In this document: positions 53,481 through 64,000 of the stretch, one piece after another
How positions within the stretch are numbered: the first letter of the stretch is position 1
Layout of the letters: each line of letters begins with the position of its first letter
Assembly: GCA_964016885.1 (NCBI GenBank)
Contig: OZ024743.1
Span: 340,442,001-340,506,000, forward strand
Source of the DNA: Eledone cirrhosa
Lineage: Eukaryota
Direction: 5' to 3'
DNA length: 64,000 bases
Translations under genes and position numbers: made by a program
The notes under the pieces: model-generated
Databases searched by the model: none
What the model was told of the DNA's origin: nothing
What the model saw: only the letters and a program-made list of their open reading frames with translations

Positions 53481-53551
<71 letters not shown>

Positions 53552-53735
53552 CATGTGTATTTGTTTATTTTTACGTGGTTTGTATTTATCTTTAATCCCC
53601 CTCCCACCCTTCGTTGTAAACACGTCCCCTTATGACTATATTTATATTTATATTTTTATTTTTATTTTCTTATATATTTTTTGAATTTCTTTGATCTCAT
53701 TTAATTAGTTAATTCTGCCTCTGAACTACTTCACA

Positions 53736-54080
53736 ATGGTTTGTACATATGAATATGTGCATGTGCTTGTATATATATATATATGAAAACAGGGAGACAG
53801 AGACGATTATTAGGAAGAAAAATATATTTTTTTCCTTTTTTGTTTCTCTCTCTCTTTTTTCTGGGTTAGAAAATGATTAAAACGAAATGTTTTACTTTGT
53901 GTGAAGTGTTAAGGTATTAGTTGATTTATTTATTATTTAATAATGGCATTTATTTATCTATTTATATATTTAATTATTGTCTATTACCGGTTTCAGCATT
54001 TTTATGCATTATCAAATGATAGTGAAATGTATTAGTGTGGTGTCGAACATGGTTTGTACATATTAATATGTGCATGTGCT

Positions 54081-54119
<39 letters not shown>

Positions 54120-54411
54120 ACAGGGAGACAGAGACGATTATTAGGAAGAAAAATATATTTTTTTCCTTTTTTGTTTCTCTCTCTCTTTTTTCTGGGTTAG
54201 AAAATGATTAAAACGAAATGTTTTACTTTGTGTGAAGTGTTGAGGTATTAGTTGATTTATTTATTATTTAACAATGGCATTTATTTATCTATTTATATAT
54301 TTAATTATTGTCTATTACCGGTTTCAGCATTTTTATGCATTATCAAATGATAGTGAAATGTATTAGTGTGGTGTCGAACATGGTTTGTACATATTAATAT
54401 GTGCATGTGCT

Positions 54412-54452
<41 letters not shown>

Positions 54453-54715
54453 ACAGGGAGACAGAGACGATTATTAGGAAGAAAAATATATTTTTTTCCT
54501 TTTTTGTTTCTCTCTCTCTTTTTTCTGGGTTAGAAAATGATTAAAACGAAATGTTTTACTTTGTGTGAAGTGTTGAGGTATTAGTTGATTTATTTATTAT
54601 TTAACAATGGCATTTATTTATCTATTTATATATTTAATTATTGTCTATTACCGGTTTCAGCATTTTTATGCATTATCAAATGATAGTGAAATGTATTAGT
54701 GTGGTGTCGAACATG
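53736..54715. repeat. Tandem triplication of a 313-333 bp unit
   Basis: Units start atggtttgtacatat at 53736, 54049 and 54380, and differ mainly in (TA)n length. Confidence 0.95.
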
Positions 54716-55084
54716 TTAAACAGAAGGTGCAGAAAGAATAATGTTATTTACAAACGAGGTTTATGAAGTGACAAGAAAAAACAATAAGGAAAAAAAACGA
54801 CGTCGTTGTAGGGTGTGTAGACTTGGTGGTAGTTGTAGTAGGGTTGTCTTGTGTGGTCATGTATGTATGTGTATGTGTGTGTATTTTTAATTATGTGTGT
54901 GTTTGTGTGTGTACATATATGGGTGCGTATATATTTATGTATATGTGTGTATGTATATATATATACATATATATATATATATTTTTTTTTAAAGACGATC
55001 GACTTTCGTCAAATCGGACCGAGGGAACAATGTTTCCGTTGGTCTTTCCAATTGCTAATACTATCTATCGGTCGCAACTCCAGG

Positions 55085-55210
55085 TAGAAGCAGCAACGTG
55101 AAATAAAGTGTCTTGCTCAAGGACATAACGCATCGCTTGGTCCAGGAATCGAACTCACAACCTTACGATTGCGAATCCAAATCTCTAACCACTCAGCCAC
55201 GCGCCTTCAC
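55085..55210 (-). mobile_element. tRNA-derived SINE 5' part
   Basis: Minus strand: A box tggctgagtgg, B box gagttcgattcc, then tccttgagcaagacacttt. Confidence 0.8.
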
Positions 55211-55612
55211 AATATATATATATATATATATATCACTTTTATATTTCCTAAATTTTGTTTTCAAATCCATATTTGTTTTTATTAAATATGGATTAGAAAA
55301 CAAAATTTAGGAAATATGAAAGAGATGCTGAAAAAACACGCAAAAAGGATTTAGGGGGAAAAATATATATAAATAAATATCCAGAACATAAACATACACA
55401 CACTCAACCAGGCGCTTATACGTAATAGTACGTAGACGTATACCTTCTCACATAAGCGTATTTGCGTCTACATGGAAATACGAACAGACACACAAAACTT
55501 GTGGTCTTTTGCTTACAGATATATGCACACACAGGCGCACACTCACACATGTACTCAATAATAACGTAAGATCTATATATACACACATGCATATCTATCC
55601 ACACTCATATAC

Positions 55613-55659
<47 letters not shown>

Positions 55660-55662
<3 letters not shown>

Positions 55663-56152
55663 AAAGTTATATTTAAATTGTTGGGTTAACAACGAGTAAA
55701 TATTTATAACTGATATAAAAGCACTCAACAAGTATTTGGAGTATATTTATGATATTAAATAAATAGAAACTATATTTATAAAACCATATTTATTTCATTA
55801 TATATATTTCAGGGATATCATATTAACAATATGTTATGCCTTCATCAGACAAAATACTGTATTATAATTATGATATAAACATATGAATTTTTAAAAACTA
55901 GACATAAGATCATTACTTTTCACACATTATAGATACATGTCTCATTCATGAATACTGATATTTACATTATAATGCCTGTTTTATACGAACTAATATTTTT
56001 TACATGATGAAACATAGCGTTTTTTAAATTCTGCCTCGTTTATGTCTGGTTATTTTTCATTTTCTCTTTTTCATTTTCTCTTTTTTTCTCTCTATATAAC
56101 GGCTATTTTCTCTCTTAACTACATACATCTCTCTTTACATTAATACTAGAGC

Positions 56153-56195
<43 letters not shown>

Positions 56196-56605
56196 ATGTA
56201 TCAACTGATACTCAACTACCTAGTTTCTCTATCTATCTCTATCTATCTCTTTCTTTTTTCCTCTCTCTATATATCTCTCTCTGTTCCTTTACATGAAGTT
56301 CTTCTCTTTATCTATCTTTCTATATCTCTCTATTTAGTCACATGCATTTCTTCTTTTTCTTCGTTCTTCTTTCTTTCTTTCTTTCTCTCTTTCTATTTAC
56401 AACTGTCCACAATATTTTTTTACTGCCAAATCAACTTCCCAAATGCAAGTCGATTGAAAGGTATGTCATATCTATTTATTTATAAGACTGTTTATATTGT
56501 ATTTTGTCTGATGAAGGCATAACATATTGTTAATATGATATCCCTGAAATATATATAATGAAATAAATATGGTTTTATAAATATAGTTTCCATTTATTTA
56601 ATATC
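55660..56605. mobile_element. Inverted pLTR pair (21469 family) with HHRs at 55791-55856 (-) and 56500-56565 (+)
   Basis: 55750-55858 is the reverse complement of 56498-56607. The left arm extends to 55660. Confidence 0.82.
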
Positions 56606-56640
<35 letters not shown>

Positions 56641-56642
<2 letters not shown>

Positions 56643-57025
56643 GGTGTAACGTGCTCTGATGTTGGGTTTGAATAGTTTTTAGGATTCCCCAGTTCAGTAG
56701 CCAGTACGTTAAAGAAAATTGATAGTTACAACAATAAAGGGTGAACAGAGAACACATTTTTTAACAAACAATAATTTGTACAACCATTCCAAGTAACAGA
56801 AAATACATAAACTACATTGTTAGAGCCTCAGAGTATACAATATTTTTTGTTCGGCCCTCGGGAGCAAAGATGACGAGATTGTTTGGCGAGCTCGCCCTAG
56901 AGCATCCTACATATAATTGACCATAGGAGAAGCATGGTTTTCCCAGATGAAGGCCAACCACTTTTACTGTTTGACCCTGAGCTTTGTTGCTGGTAATTGC
57001 GAAGCTTAGTCTCTCTGTTGCTCTA
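56641..57025 (-). pseudogene. Helitron Pif1-like helicase C-terminus and 3' end remnant
   Basis: LSFAITSNKAQGQTVKVVGLHLGKPCFSYGQLYVGCSRA…TKNIVYSEAL corresponds to helicase motifs V/VI typical of Helitron RepHel. Confidence 0.85.
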
Positions 57026-57177
57026 GTAACATTTTTTCTTCTGGAAAATCTGATCTTGCGGCCAGGCTGGCACTTTTTGGGTGGCATATCGGCAGTAGTC
57101 GTCTGTCCTTTCGTGAAATAAATACGTTTGTTTATATTTTGTTTTTGTGTATACAAAAATATCTGTACACAAATATA

Positions 57178-57292
<115 letters not shown>

Positions 57293-57807
57293 GATATATA
57301 AATATATATATATTAAAATAACAGATTAAAATTTAAGCACAGAATCGCTGCTTTCACCCTTAACGGGATCTTCTGAAACTAAACAAATCAATCTGTGAAC
57401 GCAGGAGTAAATATTTAGAAAAACGTTGCAACCGAAGGAATACAGGAAGACGATACTTTGGTTGGTGAAGACAGACAGATATTATAAGCGTGCGACGTTA
57501 TAGCTAGGTATCTAATGCAGACAGCCAGACATACATATACATATTATAAGGCAGCGACGTTATAGCTATGTATCTATCTAAAAAGACAGACTAAGAAAGA
57601 GAGAGGAATGTCGTATAACCGGAAGTGTTGACAGTTGAAAATATTAAAGAAGTGAATATTTAAATAAACGATAAAATATCTTTAATCTTTTAACTAAATT
57701 TAGAAGAGAAAAATATCCTCACTTTCTTACTTGGAAAAAATTACATCTATGGTGCAAATTTGGTGGTGTTTGGCGAAAAGTTTGTTATATACATACGGCC
57801 GTCAGCT

Positions 57808-57902
<95 letters not shown>

Positions 57903-58019
57903 GTGTGTGTGTTTATAGGTCCATTTATTAATATCTGCTGGTATGTGTAGTGTGTATATTGATATTTTACGCAAGTATATATGCATGTAGATATGATACA
58001 TCAAATAAAATCGTAATGG

Positions 58020-58286
58020 ATAGTCCAAGGAAAACTTGAACCGTTAAGGTATTTTTCTTGGTTATGTCAACATTTATAAAACACACTTCGTATTTTATCT
58101 GATGATAGCGTACCAAAATTTTGGTACCCTTGAAATATATATAATAGAATAAATATGGTTTTATAAATATAGTTTCCATTTATTTAATATCATTGAATAT
58201 TATAATCCAGAAAACTGTCGAGTGCTCTGAATCAGTTATAAACATTCATATTTGTTGAATTACCAACAAATTGAATATCCCTTTTG

Positions 58287-58290
<4 letters not shown>
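58020..58290 (+). mobile_element. pLTR (39150-39390 family) with an HHR at 58091-58151
   Basis: tattttat CTGATGA tagcgtaccaaaattttggtaccctt GAAAT ATAT ATA atagaata, then gtcgagtgct…ttgttgaattaccaacaaatt. Confidence 0.8.
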
Positions 58291-58328
<38 letters not shown>

Positions 58329-58331
<3 letters not shown>

Positions 58332-58871
58332 ATTTGAATGGATACAGTTTAGTTGAAAGGAATTTATTGACACGTGTTTCTATAACAGTTACATAACCTG
58401 AAAACGGCTGCTATCTACAAAGTTTTAGTTATGCAGACATTCAATATTTCAATGTTATTATTTACTGTCATTTCATCAGAATAATATTACTGAGGACCTA
58501 TTTGGTTTTTATAGAGAATATTAGGAGGGAAGGGTGAAGTTGTTAGAAGAATAGTTGAGGGAATGGTTTTTTGATAGCAGTGAGAATTTTTGGTGGCAGT
58601 GAGTAATTAGATTCCCATCTGTTGTTTTGACATTTTTATAGAATATATTATTGGTTATTTTTCTAAATTTATAGAAGGATTAGAGACATACATATACACA
58701 TGCATACATATATATATATATACACACATGTATTCATGTACATACATACGCGTTCATGTGTATACATTTTCATACTCAACTTATCTTTATATACACACGT
58801 ATAGACACACACATATATACATACATACTCTAGTCTATGTGTACACATATACACATACATACACATCTATA

Positions 58872-58907
<36 letters not shown>

Positions 58908-59873
58908 CATATATATAAGCACTTTAATACATGAATACACTTACATCTAACTATACACATGAAACATATATATATTTACTTATTTATATACATTTTCACA
59001 TATATATACATACTTATGGACGTTTTTAGACACATTCATTATCGCATATTTGCACCTATTCTCATCAGCATATCTTTCCATTATTAGTGTGGTAATTTAA
59101 GGTTATTAATATATGTTGAGAAGAGATTGTTTTTATATTTTTCTAACTAGATTGAGGTTTATGTAGTTGGGGGGATGTCCCTCTTTTATGTAATATTCGG
59201 CTTGTAGTGGGAAAAAAAGGGGTTTTAGTTCTGCGACGGCAGAATAATGTTCGTTCAATTCTGTTATTCAGCAATTTCTTCTTGTGTGTGATTATGTAAT
59301 AAATCTCAAGATTACACAATTTGCAGAAATTTTGGCTCCTGGAAAAGCTTTGGGTTTTAGCTAATTCCTCCCATTTTAGGGTAAACTTTTGATCGCTATC
59401 CCTGTTTACCCTAAAATGGGAGAAATTAGCTAAAACCCAAAGCTTTTCCAGGAGCCAAAATTTCTGCAAATTGTGTAATCTTGAGATTTATTACATAATC
59501 ACACACAAGAAGAAATTGCTGAATAACAGAATTGAACGAACATTATTCTGCCGTCACAGAACTAAAACCCTTTTTTCCCACTACAAGCCGAATATTACAT
59601 AAAAGAGGGACATCCCCCAACTATATAAACCTCAATCTAGTTAGAAAAATATAAAAACAATCTCTTCTCAACATATATTAATAACCTTAAATTACCACAC
59701 TAATAATGGAAAGATATGCTGATGAGAATAGGTGCAAATATGCGATAATGAATGTGTCTAAAAACGTCCATAAGTATGTATATATATGTGAAAATGTATA
59801 TAAATAAGTAAATATATATATGTTTGATGTGTATAGTTAGATGTAAGTGTATTCATGTATTAAAGTGCTTATA

Positions 59874-59935
<62 letters not shown>

Positions 59936-60744
59936 TGTGTATGTATGTGTATATGTGTAAACATAGACTAGAGTATGTATGTATATATGTGTGTGTCTAT
60001 ACGTGTGTATATAAAGATAAGTTGAGTATGAAAATGTATACACATGAACGCGTATGTATGTACATGAATACATGTGTGTATATATATATATGTATGCATG
60101 TGTATATGTATGTAAGTATGAATATGTGAATGTGAGTATATGTATTTTGTAGAGTTGTGCAAATATATTTGTGTGTGAATGCGTGGGTGAAAGGATACGT
60201 ACACTTGAAAGAAAAATTTAAGTCTGAATGTTAATTAAGTGCAAACACAAAACCAACCACGCATATCTTTACTATCTCTAATCCTTCTATAAATTTAGAA
60301 AAATAACCAATAATATATTCTATAAAAATGTCAAAACAACAGATGGGAATCTAATTACTCACTGCCACCAAAAATTCTCACTGCTATCAAAAAACCACTC
60401 CCTCAACTATTCTTCTAACAACTTCACCCCGCCCTCCTAATATTCTCTATAAAAACCAAATAGGTCCTCAGTAATATTATTCTGATGAAATTACAGTAAA
60501 TAATAACATTGAAATATTGAATGTCTGCATAACTAAAACTTTGTAGATAGCAGCCGTTTTCAGGTTATGTAACTGTTATAGAAACACGTGTCAATAAATT
60601 CCTTTCAACTAAACTGTATCCATTCAAATCTTTCTATTTTTCTCCGGATTACTTTTGGAACTACAACTGGAACCGTCGAGCAAACTCTACGTGAGCTGTC
60701 AATCTACTGTGTGTAATATTTATATTACAATACAACGGAAAATA

Positions 60745-60750
<6 letters not shown>
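58329..60750. mobile_element. Head-to-head inverted duplication of a PLE 3' end (GIY-YIG C-terminus, UTR, HHR pLTR)
   Basis: Arms 58329-59386 / 59404-60632 with a 17-nt spacer. FTLKWE.LAKTQSFSRSQNFCKLCNLEIYYI…LLNNRIE reads on both strands. The right arm extends to 60750. Confidence 0.92.
60477..60597 (+). ncRNA. Hammerhead ribozyme motif with a long stem II (mirror on minus at 58364-58484)
   Basis: ttatt CTGATGA aattacagt…actgttata GAAAC ACGT GTC aataa; canonical GUC cleavage triplet. Confidence 0.8.
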
Positions 60751-60805
<55 letters not shown>

Positions 60806-60812
<7 letters not shown>

Positions 60813-61114
60813 AGATCAAACGATGGTTAAAAGAGATCCATGTATTTTATTATGCGCATTTCAAAAACAAATATCATCATGGGATGATATTTGTGTTCTC
60901 ATCAGATAAAATAGGGAGACATGATATGAAGCTTAAAAAACACTTGCGAGCAGTGAAGTGTTAAATCAACATATGAAAAATAAAGTAAGATGGATATATG
61001 AGATTGGGAAAAAAAGGAGGAGGGGGGGAAGGAAAAGGTAAGGAAGAGGAAGAAAGAAAATAAAGGATGACTGGGGAGGAGTATAAGAAGGAAGGATGAG
61101 AGAGGAGGAGAAAT

Positions 61115-61151
<37 letters not shown>

Positions 61152-64000
61152 CCTTTAATACTGAGAAACACTGTCTCACAGAGAAAATAAAAAAAACCGT
61201 AGTAAAATAATTAAAAAAAAATTTTGAAATTAAAAGTTAATGAGGTTTATGAATGGTGATGTTTATGATTAAAGAAAAAGGAATTAAGAATAGTATTTAT
61301 TTAAGGTTTATATATTGAAGGGTTTAATAATATGTGCGAAAAGGAATTTATTAATATGTATTATTAAAATAAAAATATTAAGGATATAAGGTGAATGAAG
61401 AAGCGATTAAATGAATTATGGACTTAGAGGAATTAGTTAGGGTTTAAGTTTGTTTTTATGTATTGTAATATGAAAAAGTAAATAATAGGTTTAATACGAG
61501 CACGGAAGGAGAGAAGAAAGAAGAAAATTTAAGGAAGAAACATATAACGTCAAAATAATTTACGTTTACAAAATTTACTAATGGTAATATTAGTATGTAT
61601 TAAAGAATATAAGTAAAATGCTATAGTGAGTAATAATTGTTTCTACGTTAGGCACAAGGCCAGCAATTACCCAGTGTATTACTGGTACTTTATTTTATCG
61701 ACCCCGTAAGGATGAAAGGCAAAGTTAACCTCGGCGGGATTTGAACTCAGAATGGCAAGGGCCGTAACTCTATCCTGAGTAATAATATGAATTAAGAAGT
61801 AACTGAGAAGTAAAAGTTACAGATTAAAGATTAGAAATTAAAAAAGAAAAAAGGAAGAAAGTAAAAAGGATAAAAAAGAAGAAAAATAGGAGACCGCTAA
61901 CGACATAGAATGAGTAAATTGTATAATATAATATACTGAAATAAGGTAGAAAGATGGGTATATTTGTAAAAGATATAAAAGCGTTTGAGAAAAGATTTTA
62001 AACTAATTAGGTATTGAGATATTAGCTGTATACTTTATGGAAAGTTCTATGGGATTTATGCAAGCAGAGCGAAAATAAATCCGTACGTCTATTTATTATA
62101 GAATTAAAATTAGAGATAATTTTTCGGCTAGGCAGAGATTACATGTTTTGGATAGGGAATAATTTCGGTAAGGAGAGGCGTTGCAAACCTTCCTCCAAGA
62201 GATGTTGTAGTTAATATTTCTGTCTTTTAAGGACCAAATGAGTTCTGAGAGTGCCGTGTTAGTTCTTTTAAGTTGGTATTTAAAAGACGAATTGTGATTA
62301 TAAAATCTTGCTTTAAAGGAAGTGGAAGTGGAACCAAAATAGGTAAAAGAATTAGTACCAGTTATAACCTTACATTCATACACTAAATTTTTATCAAGAT
62401 ATTGGTTATTAAGAGGACATTTAGTTCTAACATGGCAATTACAATTACGATTAGAGAAATTACCAGAGTTACTAACAAGTGACCTAGTATTATTTATAGA
62501 AGGGATTGGATTGGAGAAGTTATTTACGATAGGAGCTAAAATTTCCTGATTTAGATTGGTGTTATGAACATTGGACAAAGTTACGTTTGACGTCGTATTT
62601 AAATTTACTGAATCTAGCCTAGAGTTAACATTGACGTCGGGTTTACTATTGCTATTATTATGACGCTCATTGTTGGATGGATATAATTTATTATTTAATA
62701 TTTTATTATTATGTTTAGAGATAATGTTAGAGATGTTGGAAGTGGTGGAATAAGAGAATTTGATTGTATGTTTGTTAAATATCTTACTATAGATATGCGA
62801 GGGAGGGAAGCATTTATCTAAGGCCCTAAACATAGTTTAGAAATATTACTAGTAATAGATAGAGAAAAAGAAGCGTTGCACCAAATCATATTTTTGTATC
62901 TAGGTCTTTTATTTAAGTTATTGGAATGTTCATAACTAACCTTTTACTATAAGTCCTTCGATGATTGGTTTCTTTACTGTATTTAATTTTATCAGGATAA
63001 CTGGCTTTGGAAAGCGCATTATTATAATAATTGGCATTAGCGTCGAAGATAACTTTATTAGAGGATAGATTTGAGATTCTTTTTTCAACATTACTGACTA
63101 TAGCATTTTTAACGTTAGTGGGGTGGTTAGATTTAAAATTAACATAATTTAGATTCTCATTGTCTTTATGGTAAGGGTAATATAGGCCAGTGTCAAGATT
63201 AAGGGAAATATCCAGGAAGTTAACTAGTTTGACGTTGTTTTCAAATTCAATTTTTAGGTTATGGTGCTTAAATAGATCAAGTATATTATTCTTAATAATA
63301 TTAAGTTTAACTATGTTACAGTTTAAGACAGTAAAAAGGGCATCGTCACGATAAATCCCACCGCGAAGTTGAAGAATTTTCCGATTTAAAGAATTCAAAA
63401 TAAAGATACCAAACAAGTCCGTCAATTGCGCTGAATCCGACGAACCCATTGTGATATCAAAATTGTTGGAAGTATCAGCTCTAGTCCAATATTCGTTGTT
63501 GAATTCCAGGATAGTTTTTCTTGCGGTGAGAATGATGGAAAGTTCATCTGTGGTAATGTCAGAATATTTAAATGCGAAAGATAGAGCGTTGTTGAGGAGT
63601 GAAGGCGAAATAATAGTAACTGGCAATGTCAAACTGAATACATTTTTGTTTGTTTTTATTATTCAGGTCATTAAACCAGTTAATTACATCAGATGTACCA
63701 ATCCATACATTTAAGTTAGAAATAGAGCAATTAGAACGAACCTGTGGGATAATTCTATCCAAGATGGATTTACTAACAACCCCCAGATCTGATTTAGAGG
63801 GGGCGATTAGTCTAACAGGCAATTCCGTTCGAAAGTTACTTTTATGATCCTTGAGATTTATCCTCGGAGTTCTTGGGAAGAATGGTTCGGTCTTTTTCTC
63901 GATGCCAAGTTTAGACATAATCTCAGAAGCTTCTAAGTTTATAGATTCCAGATTGTCAGGGTTTACGATAATTCTTCCTTAGTTCCTTAAGAATAAGGTT
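60806..64000 (-). mobile_element. PLE (RT plus C-terminal GIY-YIG, CxCx5C linker), few frameshifts, runs off the window end
   Basis: NLKDHKSNF…VRLIAPSKSDLG…IQFDIASYY, FDITMGSSDSAQLTDL, GIYRDDA, NFLDISL, SNHP, CNCHVRTKCPL…VYECKV…YFGST…KTCNLCLAEK. The 3'UTR contains a SINE at 61640-61770. Confidence 0.93.
60843..60913 (-). ncRNA. Minimal hammerhead ribozyme motif in the 3' pLTR of the 60806-64000 PLE
   Basis: The minus strand reads tattttat CTGATGA gaacacaaatatcatc ccat gatgatatttgttttt GAAAT GCGC ATA ataaaata: 8-bp stem I, long stem II, palindromic ATGCGCAT. Confidence 0.85.

Larger units (their letters stand above)
49010..53485 (+). mobile_element. PLE family H1 3' end (GIY-YIG to 49475, 3'UTR, pLTR 53224-53485) split by two nested insertions
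   Basis: CRKPEECPLQGKCNTKSIVYEAK…YVGIPQDRFETRY…TALANKVWEFK…LNAKTEIFRCCPH. The UTR blocks are collinear with 41030-42420. Confidence 0.87.

Noticed and set aside
53736-54715. CRISPR-like or regularly spaced array
   Set aside because: Whole units are duplicated with no unique spacers; eukaryotic context.
55135-55209. Functional tRNA gene (also 4061-4130)
   Set aside because: A and B boxes are present, but the acceptor stem is poor and the sequence runs into a SINE body, so it is a SINE head.
57480-57812. Possible Helitron/DINE-like non-autonomous element
   Set aside because: The terminal pattern is only suggestive (tattataaagctgacggccg); no hairpin or CTRR end was confirmed.
62096-64000. Selenoprotein-type (UGA-recoding) or N-terminal-EN Naiad/Chlamys PLE
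   Set aside because: The EN is C-terminal and the interruptions are frameshifts, not in-frame TGA at Cys positions; no SECIS was recognised.

Overview
AT-rich eukaryotic (animal) repeat-dense DNA with no supportable host protein-coding gene. From memory, the recurrent tRNA-derived SINE (…ttttatcgaccccgtaaggatgaaaggcaaag…) and the extreme (TA)n/(CA)n/(GA)n/(TATG)n load resemble octopod cephalopod genomes; this is not verified. The window is a nest of retroelements. (i) Many Penelope-like elements (PLEs; RT plus C-terminal GIY-YIG) from several families, nearly all bounded by (TA)n, often nested in one another, with pseudo-LTRs (pLTRs) that carry about 15 well-formed and several decayed minimal hammerhead ribozyme (HHR) motifs. 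(ii) Recurrent head-to-head and tail-to-tail fold-back inverted duplications spanning about 0.1-4.6 kb. (iii) Two L1/Tx1-clade LINEs with target-site duplications that both begin TATCTAT and with near-complementary in-frame RT deletions. (iv) An RTE-like LINE 3' end with a twin-priming-type 5' inversion. (v) Remnants of a pogo transposase and a Helitron helicase, plus SINEs. (vi) A 5.5-6.7 kb direct segmental duplication. Most listed ORFs are microsatellite translations. Element boundaries were read by eye and are approximate unless exact motifs are quoted.
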